Source: Ginkgo biloba
Lineage: Eukaryota; Plantae; Ginkgophyta
Direction of reading: 5' to 3'
Length of the DNA stretch: 20,068 nt
NCBI GenBank assembly: GCA_024626585.2
Contig: JANKJI020000004.1
Coordinates: forward strand, 72,225,966-72,246,033
Notes under the pieces: generated by a model
Told to the model about the DNA's origin: nothing
Database searches by the model: none
What the model saw: the letters and a program-made list of their open reading frames with translations, nothing else
Shown here: positions 9,584 through 20,068 of the stretch, piece after piece
Layout: each line of letters starts with the position of its first letter
How positions within the stretch are numbered: the stretch's first letter is position 1
Translations under genes and position numbers: made by a program

Positions 9584-10934
9584 NNNNNNNNNNNNNNNNN
9601 NNNNNNNNNNNNNNNNNNNNNNNNNNNNNNNNNNNNNNNNNNNNNNNNNNNNNNNNNNNNNNNNNNNNNNNNNNNNNNNNNNNCTGGTGTTTGAATAAAC
9701 CAATAATAACCACTAGATAGATTGGGCTCTCACGAATTGGAAGAGGTGTGTCTTCAGCAGAGTAGCCATGTTCAGAAAAACATGCAAAACAACAGGACCA
9801 ATAAAAGGGTAAAATATAACCAGTTTGAAAAAATGAAAAAAAAATCTGATAGAAAAATGACATGGAGATTTTCTTCATTCTCGCCAAATAAGGGGATATA
9901 TGCATACCTTTACAAACCTCTTTTAAGACAATTTAAACCATGACCAAGTCACATTTTCTTTAATATTGTCAAAGAGAGGGGTTGAACCGCTGACTTCCTG
10001 CAGCTATAATCTTCACACCCAGTTATCTTTCTCAAACCTTTATGGTTTGAAGCTAGAAGTTGCACTAAATTATTAATTTTGCAGGAAATTTAACTCTAGA
10101 GCTGCAGAGCATGAAGGAATTTCTTCCAATCAGGGTATCATCCAAAATATTGTATCTGGGAACTCCTGAGTAACCCCTTGTTCAACTTATGTGGGAATTA
10201 CACAATGATTGTGGCCAGCAGTTGCATCTTAACTTGTTTTTCTGGAATCTTGCAAATATCCTGTATATTTATCTGTTGGTCAATACTTTGACCACTAATG
10301 TTTAACATGTTTCAGTGCCAAAAAGCAATTAAAACCATGTTTGTACATGGTTAGGGGCAAAAACCAATCAAAACGGTGGTTATTTAATTATTTTGGCCTT
10401 TTTGGCTACTGTCCAAATTCAGTAAAATCTGAAGGAAAGGGGCCGGAAATATCCTCACCTGCTTAGCAATCATTGTCTCCTATTTCAGGAGGATGCTGCT
10501 TCACCTCCCCGCTTTACTTCAGTTCAATTTGGGAAAACTGTTCAAGGTAGTTGGGAAAACTGCATCGCTCCCTACCAATCTCCAACAGTCTCTTGTGACT
10601 ATAAACCTGGAAGCACCATTAAAATCTCAGCTTAGGGGTCTCAGCGAGATAAGAAGCTTCCCTTTTAGCTGAGGTTGCCAACTGACACTAGTAAGTTTCG
10701 GGGATCACCTGTATTAGCTGGGGCTTGTGAATTTTGTGGCGTTTTTGCTTTCTTGTCTGTTATGGCAAGATCTTTCCATGGACTGGCTGTTATGATCCCT
10801 TGATTAAGTGTGTATCAGTTCACTTTTCACAATAGTAGTCATCCAGTTAGACTGGTTGAAAGAAGTTAGCTTTTTCATTTTACCCAGGGTGATCTAAATG
10901 TTAAAAAGTTCCATTTGGATGGCAATTTTTGCAG

Positions 10935-11043
10935 GTGCAATCTTTTGTCCGGTGATATGTCTTGTGATTACAATTGGAAATTCGGCAGTGATTGTTGGTC
11001 TTTGGCCTGCACACGTGATCTGGACATACTGCTGTGTGGTCAA
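10935..11043 (+). CDS. Exon 2 of the At3g27390-like membrane protein
   Basis: Acceptor TTTTTGCAG|. Translates as (G)AIFCPVICLVITIGNSAVIVGLWPAHVIWTYCCVV(K). Donor AA|GTATTC at 11044. Phase fits exon 1. Confidence 0.93.
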
Positions 11044-11232
11044 GTATTCAAATTAAGTGCTATATCTAAGTTATTTTATGCTACTTTACATTACTGAGTT
11101 TGTGGAAATTACAGGAATCCATTTTTGAGAAAGATGGAATTATCTTTGGTTCTGAATGCAACTAAAATCTATGGAATTAAGTTGACAGAATTAAAACTTG
11201 ATTGCTTACATTTTAAATTTCTTTGAAGGCAG

Positions 11233-11441
11233 AGCCAAACAATTAGGACCAGTTTTGAAGGCTCTATTATGTATAGGCTTACCTGTACCACTAATTTTGT
11301 GGCCCGTCGTAGGCCTTACTGGAAGCATTCTAGTGGGCTTAGGCTATGGCCTTTTCACACCNNNNNNNNNNNNNNNNNNNNNNNNCAACATTTGATGCTG
11401 TTGGTGAGGGACGTGAACATAAATTTATCAACTGCATTCTG
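11233..11441 (+). CDS. Exon 3 of the At3g27390-like membrane protein (contains a 24-N gap)
   Basis: Acceptor GGCAG|. Translates as AKQLGPVLKALLCIGLPVPLILWPVVGLTGSILVGLGYGLFTP-[gap]-ATFDAVGEGREHKFINCIL. Donor CTG|GTATGC at 11442. Confidence 0.92.
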
Positions 11442-11616
11442 GTATGCTTCACCCTTGCTATTTTATCCTCCATTTGATACAGTTATCTTTTAAAGGTACT
11501 CTATGAAATTAGACACAGAACGTACTTCCCTTGAGGAATTTTTCTCGAGTCTGTTATATCATTCATGCACATTTCCTTTTAGCAAAGTCAAAAAATAGTT
11601 TCTTTTTTAACATTAG

Positions 11617-11758
11617 GNNNNNNNNNNNNNNNNNNNNNNNNNNNNNNNNNCTTTACAGTGGTGCGGGACTTTACAGACATGTGCTTTCATTCGTACTTTT
11701 CTTTTATGGATGACTTATGTGAGCAGCCACCCAGAAATGGGAAACCTTTGGATATCAA
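11617..11758 (+). CDS. Exon 4 of the At3g27390-like membrane protein (contains a 33-N gap); later exons are not visible
   Basis: Acceptor CATTAG|G, then the gap, then FTVVRDFTDMCFHSYFSFMDDLCEQPPRNGKPLDI(K), matching the family motif TVVxDFxDxCFHSYFSFMDDL. Donor AA|GTATGT at 11759. Confidence 0.92.
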
Positions 11759-13994
11759 GTATGTCATTGTCATTTTCTCTTGTTAGATCTTTACACTTTT
11801 CATAGTTCTCTTGATTTGTTTTGTTTCTGAAATGAGTTTCTTGAAACATGAAATAAGCAATTCACTTTTAAAGAGCAAGGAAGAAAGATATGCCATACAT
11901 ATGAGTTCTGCTTTGAATTTGTCTATTGGAAAGGGACTATAGGTAAAGTTTATGTTTTATTTGCTATCATACTTACCTGTAGCTCCAATAAGCATGCATA
12001 TCAAGAGTGCCACAAGAAGCAAAAAAGAATTACACAGAATAAAATACACCCTTGCAAAACAGAAATTGACCCTTAAAAACCAGAGTTTCCCACACCCAAA
12101 TGAAATTCCCTTTTCCAAAGCAATTCAATTTGCTATGGCAAGGAATATTCTAGCATCAACTTGTGAGTTTGTTGAGAAATGTTGATGCGATGCATTTCTT
12201 ACATGCATATAGAGGAGCATATTGTTGAAATAAATGAATTGTAGAGAAAATCAAGTCAATTATGCTTCAGATTAGGAACTTTCAACATGCTTACTTCACC
12301 AAGAAAACACAAAGTTTTTAAACTAACGTAAGCGTAAACTCGATTCTAATTAGTCCAAATTCTTTGGTTATTATTCTTTCAAAGTAATTCACAATCAGAC
12401 GCATATTTTTGTTTAGACCTATCTTTTAATGCAACCAGAAGTTTTTCTTCTTTTTCAATATTATGAGATGTTTCTGTAGACTTTGTACTATGCTGGAATG
12501 GGGAATGACATCCATATATGTTGTTGTAAGGAATACTCACAAGCCTCTAGTGTCATTTTGTGTTGAAGTTCTGTGAGCTTTTCCAATGAGTTTGCCATTG
12601 CTATGAATTCTCACACCTGCTAAATTTAATTTTTGCTTGACGAGGAGGATATCTAGTCTTTAATAGGTTAAAGGCCACTTTTCTTGGGCAAATAAATTGA
12701 GGTAAATTTGGACTCATATCTTTGTTGCTGGATGATACATTCAACGGAGCCATCCTGATAAGGCTAAATCCAATTATGTTTGAGCAAGTTCTATGGTTCT
12801 GCTCCCTTCTTTACACACCTCATACACAATTTATTTTAAGCAAGTAATTTGGACGTACTCCAATTCAATCTACTAGAATATATCCTAGCTTATTCAATTT
12901 GTGATACCAGTCAATGCAAAGTGGTCCTGAGTCAGTTGTGGGAAATAATATCTATGTGANNNNNNNNNNNNNNNNNNNNNNNNNNNNNNNNNNNNNNNNN
13001 NNNNNNNNNNNNNNNNNNNNNNNNNNNNNNNNNNNNNNNNNNNNNNNNNNNNNNNNNNNNNNNNNNNNNNNNNNNNNNNNNNNNNNNNNNNNNNNNNNNN
13101 NNNNNNNNNNNNNNNNNNNNNNNNNNNNNNNNNNNNNNNNNNNNNNNNNNNNNNNNNNNNNNNNNNNNNNNNNNNNNNNNNNNNNNNNNNNNNNNNNNNN
13201 NNNNNNNNNNNNNNNNNNNNNNNNNNNNNNNNNNNNNNNNNNNNNNNNNNNNNNNNNNNNNNNNNNNNNNNNNNNNNNNNNNNNNNNNNNNNNNNNNNNN
13301 NNNNNNNNNNNNNNNNNNNNNNNNNNNNNNNNNNNNNNNNNNNNNNNNNNNNNNNNNNNNNNNNNNNNNNTGAATATATTCAATCATACACTCACATTAG
13401 TACAAAACGATGTCAAATAAGTTCCATGTGAATAATCTTACTATAATTGTATGGAGCAACAAATAATTTAATGTTATTTGAACCTTGTTCTATGACTATT
13501 AATTTTAAATATTATAGGCCCCCATGTACTTTGTAGAAGCTTGCATTAAACACACTCAATGCACCTGTGAACGATTTGAATAAATATGGGTAATTGTTTA
13601 CCGTAGGCTTTGACAGTCTTAGTCATTACAAGCTTCCCTCTCTTTCACCTTGTTGAACTTGCAAAACAACTCATAAAATGGATTGTTGAGTAGTAGTGGG
13701 TCCTAGGTGCAAAGCGCACCATCAACAATGAGTTAGTACATACATATAAGGATATAACATGCATGAATTATGAAGAAACATCATAAAATCATTACACAAA
13801 CATCAAGACATAGTATGGAGTACAATTTGTTATTTATTATTGATAAGAAATGCTACATAGTACCATCATATAGGGGTAACGTCTCTCCCACCTAATCCTA
13901 GATGACTATGCTCGACTTTCACATACTAGGAGCGATTTTCTCACTCTTATTTATACATTTTTTCTCTTCATAAATGCAATTGTCATGCCTTTTT

Positions 13995-14746
13995 TGATGT
14001 GCTATAAGGGCACAAGGGGGCCTATTAGGAGGTCCCATGGGAATGGTATTTATGTGGGGCTATGACCAAATGGAAATCCTTATGAGGATTTCATTATTTT
14101 TCCATAATTATTAATTATAAGGTTTTTATCCACCATTAATTTTCTCCTAATATTTGGCATAGTCTCCACCATTAAAATTTTTAGTAACTATAAGACTCCT
14201 TGTATGGAAAACAAGTCTATAATTTCATGAGCTTTCTCTTGTGTGGACAATTACATGGGCTTTTATGAGCTATATCTCTTGTATAAGCATGATTATATTA
14301 TTATTCATACACTTCTTATAAAAGAATCCATTCACTATTATTGTAATTCTTTGAGCTCTTTTGTAGAGTCATAATATAATTGAGTCCATTATGTCCAAAG
14401 ATCTCTTATTTATCATGTTCTTAGATTCTTTGAGTTCCTATTAGTTTGAGAATTTATCTTGCAGATCCCATATGCATGAGCAGGTTGTAGAATATATTAT
14501 CAGATATTAGACTTAGTTTGCATGCAAGATTCCCCACATGTTTAGTTGCAATAAAGTTATTATTCTAGTTACGGGGAAAAGCCATAGTATAGGACAAACT
14601 TATAGCACCACTATTGGAAAAACACATAGCATTGATAGGGAAACACATGATGTTGAATGAGAATGCTATGCATTTTTCCTTAAGAGATAGAATTGGGTTT
14701 TAGAGAAGAGATTCAACTACACATAGGTTAGTTTGCATACTTTGTC
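13995..14746 (+). mobile_element. LTR-like repeat, copy 1 (ends at a 100-N gap)
   Basis: Starts TGATGTGC and is colinear with copy 2. Shared anchors: GGGCTATGACCAAATG.AAATCCTTATGAGGATTT (14057/15618) and GCAGGTTGTAGAATATAT (14480/16031). Confidence 0.7.
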
Positions 14747-15555
14747 NNNNNNNNNNNNNNNNNNNNNNNNNNNNNNNNNNNNNNNNNNNNNNNNNNNNNN
14801 NNNNNNNNNNNNNNNNNNNNNNNNNNNNNNNNNNNNNNNNNNNNNNCACTAAATATTGTAGTATGACCTAATTCATTAGGGTCTATCTAACACTACATGG
14901 TCCTTTCATTCATACTTTAGCCAATCTTATTAACAAAAGGGCTCATAAGAGCACTTCTAAAGTATCGACCACCTCTATATTTTCATAATATAGACCTAAA
15001 ATTATTGATGCACATTACATTAGACCAATATCACAATTATGATAGTGGCTTAGCGATAAATATTTCCATCCTCAAAGTGTGTTAATCTATATAAGCACCA
15101 CTTAGTCAAAAGAAGTAGACTTTGTTTAAAGTGGTATATTGTTATATAAATAAATCAATGAATATAATGTCATATACACTTGTTCTTATAAATAATAAAC
15201 CTTCTTATTATAGTCACATATTTTATGTATTAATTTAGGAATTATAAACAATCATAATTTTATTTTTCTAATTATAAAGAGATAAGTGATCACCTTTAGA
15301 GTTATCACAGGCCTTAGGTTAGGGAGTATTAACTACAAATGCCTCCACCTAATTGATTCTAACTTCCCAACCATATTTTTGAAATTTATTTAATCTTAAA
15401 AAAATATTAGAAAATATTAATAACAAAATTTAGGGGGTCAATCTGGTTAAAATTTGAGAAATACAAAATGATCCGTAAAAAAATGTGCCATGGTTTTTTG
15501 TCAATCTAATTAAGATTTTTTTTTATATTATTTTCTTACTTCCCAAGGGAGGAAC

Positions 15556-16792
15556 TGATATGCCATATGGACACAAGGGGACATAGTGGGAGGCCCCATG
15601 GGATATATCCTTTATATGGGCTATGACCAAATGAAAATCCTTATGAGGATTTAATTATTTTTCTATAATTATAAATCAAGAGTTTTTTTTTTCACCATTA
15701 GTTTGCTCCTAGTATGTGGTGTAATATCCACCATTGAAATATTTAGTAACTATAAACTCCTTGCATGGAATAAAAGTATATGGTTGCTTGGAAAATTTCA
15801 TTGAGTTTTGACTCATGCATGGGCATGCTACTATTTGCATTCATGGCCTTCGCATAAAAGAAGCCATGCATTTATATTATAACATAATTGTATTATTGAG
15901 CTTGCTAAAGCACTTAATTATATAACTTGTTTGTTATCTAAATCTACTTTTCATGCTTTTGTGAGTTTATAGATTCTTTGAGTACTTGTGAGTGGAAAGA
16001 TCTATCTTATGGTTTCGTGTGTGCGTACTTGCAGGTTGTAGAATATATACTGTTGGATTCGGGGCATTGGATTATGTGTGAGATTCTGCACATGTTTGCA
16101 AGTGTCAAGTGGAATAACTGAATTTTAGGATGAACCTGTTGTGTAGGACGAACCTGGCATGTTGTAGTTGGGAAAATGCCCCCTGCAGATAGGGAAAGTT
16201 GTCATGCCTTTGGGAATGCTACGCCTTCTTCCCTGTGATTTGGAAATCAATTTTGGGGCTAGGATTTTGTAGCAGACAAGGATGACTCGGGTCGTGCCGA
16301 GCAAAGGATGCTTGTTGTGTAGGTTGGGCAATGATACAACAGTGCATTCTTTGGGTATCCTTGAGTTATTCTTTTGCTTCTGCATTGCTAAAGGACACCT
16401 GTGTAGATTCTTCATAAATGTGTACCTCTTTGTCAAATGCTAATGCCTTTTTATTAAAAGACTCTAATTAATGCGCCTTAATTGTCTCATTAGATGTGCT
16501 TAGAGTTTGACGTTAATGTGGCCTAACTATGCTCTCTCATTTATTGCGGGTTAATTTGCTTTATTTAATGCATAATCCTTATCTTAGCCTCCATCATTAT
16601 TTTGTGTACACTATACAGAGCATTCAATACAATCCATAATGTATGAACATGTGTAGGTGGGCTTATGGACAAACGATATAGATGGCATATTGTTATAGCC
16701 TAGGAAATCCACGTGAATCTTATCTCAATAAGTGAAAACCAACCCAAGTTTTCTTTGGAGGTTAGTGCATCTATTTTATAGCTTATGATACA
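15556..16792 (+). mobile_element. LTR-like repeat, copy 2, preceded by a PPT-like tract; 3' end tentative
   Basis: AAGGGAGGAAC (15545-15555) directly precedes TGATATGC. Similarity to copy 1 can be followed to about 16265. The end at ...GATACA 16792 is a guess, and no TSD was found. Confidence 0.6.
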
Positions 16793-19700
16793 GTGCTCTA
16801 GATAAAGTAATCAAAAGAGAAAATTTTATAAGGAGAATGCCTAGGGGGATGCTCTAGGCAGGGATGCCTCCCCTCTTAATGTAATTTTAGCCAATGAGAT
16901 GTCACAAAGGCCTCCTTGAGGTACTGAGGTAGCTTCGAGGATAAACCAAACCCTAATGTGGAGTACTGTGCCTTGTTTGTAACANNNNNNNNNNNNNNNN
17001 NNNNNNNNNNNNNNNNNNNNNNNNNNNNNNNNNNNNNNNNNNNNNNNNNNNNNNNNNNNNNNNNNNNNNNNNNNNNNNNNNNNNNNNNNNNNNNNNNNNN
17101 NNNNNNNNNNNNNGGCATTGTCTATTTCTTGCATAAGTGGAGCTAGAAGAACAACTTCTACAACTTCACTATCTCTCTGCTCTTTGCTTCGCTAAGCATA
17201 GTGGAGCGTGTCAAGGGTCATTGTAGGTTAAGCCAGGGTGATCTTATACCCACCTCTAATGGCAACACGAGTGATTTCCATTACCTATTTTCACAGTTTG
17301 ATCACTCAGATCTATTCCTTNNNNNNNNNNNNNNNNNNNNNNNNNNNNNNNNNNNNNNNNNACTTTTATAACCTCTAGAGGCCCAACGAATCTCATATAG
17401 GACTCGTTGCTTTTTTTGGAAGCCCAACTTGGTGCGCAATGCATGGATTAACTCTATCCATATATGACTAGGGAACTTCAAATCACAATCACTCACAACG
17501 CTCTTTAGAACCCCAAGCTTAGTAAAAGGAATTTGTTGGCAATATCTCAACTATATCCTTACCCTTGTGGGTCATTCTCCATGGTATAAACCTTGCATTC
17601 TTAGTGAGATGATCCACAACTACCAATCGTTGGTTATGCTATAACTATGTTCTTGGTAAAGACGCCACAAAATCCATATAGATACTCTTGTACTTGCCTT
17701 CAAGAATAGGCAATGGCATTAATGATTTCACTGGCTAATCTCTGTCTATCTTGTTTACTTGACATTGCTTATGTACGAATATAATTTACAATTTCATATT
17801 CTTCTAGTAAACATATCTCCTTCCAACCTTATATGTTTTGTCTATACCCGCATGGCTAGCAAGCAAACTATCATGCAATTCATATAATATCTTGTATTTA
17901 AACTTAGCAACATTTGAGATAATCACTTGATTCCCATGCCATAATAGTCCATCATGATATGTAAAATTTTGCATGTATTCATCACTTTGCAAGGCTTGCT
18001 TTACCTATTGACACCACTTGTCTTAGTCTTGTGCCTCTTAGCTTTCCTTCCTTTCATAGTGTGTCAAGAATATCATCAATCCGTGGAAGAGGATACTTAT
18101 CATTGATGGTGACCTTTTCGATTGCTTGATAGTCTACACACATTCTCATGGATTTGTCCTTCTTCAACAACAATATTGGTGCACCAAAGGGATACACAAA
18201 GGTCGAATGAAACCCTGATCCAAAAGCTCTTCTATTTGTCTCTCTACCTCTTCCTTCTTTACATGTCTCAAAGCCTAAAANNNNNNNNNNCAATTTGTAA
18301 GTTGACCTTGATCCTGGTTCAAGCTTAATCTGGCGGTCTACATCTCTCTCCATTAGCAAACTCTTTGGTAACTCTATCATATCACATCACTGTATTCTAC
18401 CAATAAAGTTGCCATCTCATTAGGAACTTCCTTAACTTTCTTCTCTACTAGGGGGAATCTCTCTTAAGAACAATCCAACAGCTTGATTATCTGATTTCCT
18501 AGCCACCTTCTTCAGTGGCATTGTTGATACCAAAGGAATCTTTTTAGAATCCTGGTCTTCAAACGACTTTATCTTCTTACCTTTCTAGAAGTGCAAAATA
18601 TGATCTTGGTGTAAAAATATGGATATCATACTTCCTTAACCACTTCTATCCAAGGATTGCATCATACCTTCCAATCTCCATGATGACGAAACCCAAGTGG
18701 TCCTCGTACTCCTAAATGGTGATGGGTACCTTGGCTGCAAAAGCTTCATGCATTCCATTACCAACTGCCAACTCAACCTATTATGAATATGGAGCCTCCT
18801 AAGTTTTCAAGTTTGCCTTCTTGGCAAACTCCTTAGAGACGATTTTATGTGTGCATCCACTATGCACTAAAATCATGGTATCTTGCCCATTGATTATCCC
18901 TTTAATCACAAATAATTCATTATTAAATTTCTCAAAAGACTTAAGACTTTCTCTTTTAAGAAAGGGTCTTCCTCAAAGTCTATTTTCTTATATACCACAA
19001 ATACTGCCTTCTTGTCTTGCTTGACATTGTTACTTTGACGAAGGCATGGGCAATCTCTCTTCATGTGGTTCCCTTCACATTCAAAACACTTAATGAATGG
19101 CTTGTTATCCCCACTCTATTGAAATTTCTTCTCTCCATTTTGTTGTTGAGGTACTTCACCTTTATTTTGAGTAAACTTAGAAAAGTTGTTAAAAGAAAAA
19201 CTCATCTAACCCTTCTTTTTGGAGAATAGCTGATTGGAAGATGAAAAATACTTTTTCCCTTGGAATGGCTTCTTGAATGAATCTGTCTGGTTAAGCGTAA
19301 GGCAATATTCTCTGCAACCTCCATGGGGTTTTAAACCTCTCATGTAATGGTAACTCTATATCTTATGGCTAAATTTGACAATCTAGTGAAATGACCATTT
19401 ATTTTATTATTGTACTACTATATTGTGCCTGTCTGCCTCAAGTTCCAAATTTTTTATAAGATTTTTACATTTCATTCTGGGGTGCAAACTTCTTCATCAT
19501 GACCTCCTTTAATTCAGGCCAAGTCGTGATTCTCGGCCTCATGCCATCTTCCACTTTGTTCTGAACACCATTTTGCCATTCTCTAGCGGAGCCTTTGAAT
19601 GACATAGAAACCATGGTAACCTTGTTTCCTTCAGATATACCAAATGACTCAAAGAAATTCTCCGTAGACCTTACCTACTTAGAAAGAAGTGTCAAGGGTT

Positions 19701-20005
19701 GTGCCATCACTGCTTCATGTTTAATAGTTGTTGCCAATCCCTTCTAGATTGCGTATGCTTTGGCCTTGATCTTCAAAATATTCCAACAACTCTCTTTCTT
19801 CCTCATGAATTTTCTTTTGCTCTTTTTCTTCACCTGGTGTAGGTTCTCCGGCTCACTACTCCATTTCTTCCCTCTTCCTTCTCCTTTCATAAGTAAGTAC
19901 TAGGTTCTGCTATAGTTGCCTATCTTCCATAAGCTTCCTCACTTCAACTTCAATAGATTCTAACATCTTCGCCATCTTGGATTCCATCCTTAAATCCTCC
20001 CCCTA

Positions 20006-20018
20006 GGCTTTGATACCA
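20006..20018 (-). other. Primer-binding site complementary to initiator tRNA-Met
   Basis: The - strand reads TGGTATCAAAGCC (canonical TGGTATCAGAGCC, one G>A), 1 nt after the LTR-terminal CA. Confidence 0.9.
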
Positions 20019-20019
20019 C

Positions 20020-20068
20020 TGTAATAGTCCTACCTCTTAAACCTTCATGCTAACACTATTAAGATCTA
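20020..20068 (-). repeat. 3' end of the 5' LTR of the Gypsy element (continues beyond the window)
   Basis: Terminal CA on the - strand adjoins the PBS. Confidence 0.8.

Larger units (their letters stand above)
16841..20068 (-). mobile_element. Ty3/Gypsy LTR retrotransposon (chromovirus-like, iMet PBS), decayed and internally deleted
   Basis: On the - strand: 5' LTR end ...TACA at 20020; PBS; gag (ENFFESFG..FKGSAREW..ITTWPELKEVMMKKFAP, about 19300-19990); protease (ILVHSGCTH..DAILG*KWL, about 18630-18925); RT start ([35 protein letters not shown], 18054-18385); integrase (LHDSLLASHAGIDKTY..PLPI..VVVDHLTK..VVSDCDLKFPSHIW..RFVGPLEVI, about 17362-17995). The PR-RT-INT order indicates Gypsy. The left boundary is uncertain; a possible 3' LTR begins TGTTAC at 16984. 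Confidence 0.93.

Noticed and set aside
9967-10033. tRNA/SINE-like B-box (GGTTCAACCC) on the - strand
   Set aside because: Only a partial T-arm; no convincing A-box, anticodon arm or full acceptor stem.
12900-12910. TGGTATCA PBS-like word on the - strand
   Set aside because: Only 8 nt match, with no adjacent LTR-terminal CA or gag.
12914-13420. Long ORFs of 143-168 aa and other X-rich ORFs
   Set aside because: Artefacts of translating through N gaps.
18821-19229. + strand ORFs of 67 and 70 aa
   Set aside because: Antisense shadows of the Gypsy gag-protease region.

Overview
Eukaryotic, AT-rich, repeat-rich plant nuclear DNA from a gappy draft scaffold. The multi-kb TE-filled introns suggest a large-genome seed plant such as a gymnosperm, but that is inference. 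The main content is: (1) the first four coding exons (+ strand, 6682-11758) of a conserved plant multi-pass membrane protein gene resembling Arabidopsis At3g27390, with a 4.16 kb intron 1 and an intron 4 that apparently runs past the window end; (2) a decayed type-I pectin methylesterase (PMEI pro-domain + PME) pseudogene on the - strand (about 2672-3594), which the ORF track misses and which lies head-to-head with that gene; (3) a 66-bp minisatellite and a ~19-bp array at 1580-2283; (4) an L1-type LINE RT fragment in intron 1; (5) in intron 4, two diverged LTR-like direct repeats and an antisense Ty3/Gypsy element with an iMet PBS and two internal deletions. I found no convincing evidence of a novel biological system. 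The most unusual candidates are the indel-free 66-bp (22-codon) array and a pair of frame-restoring cryptic exons in intron 1, and both are speculative.
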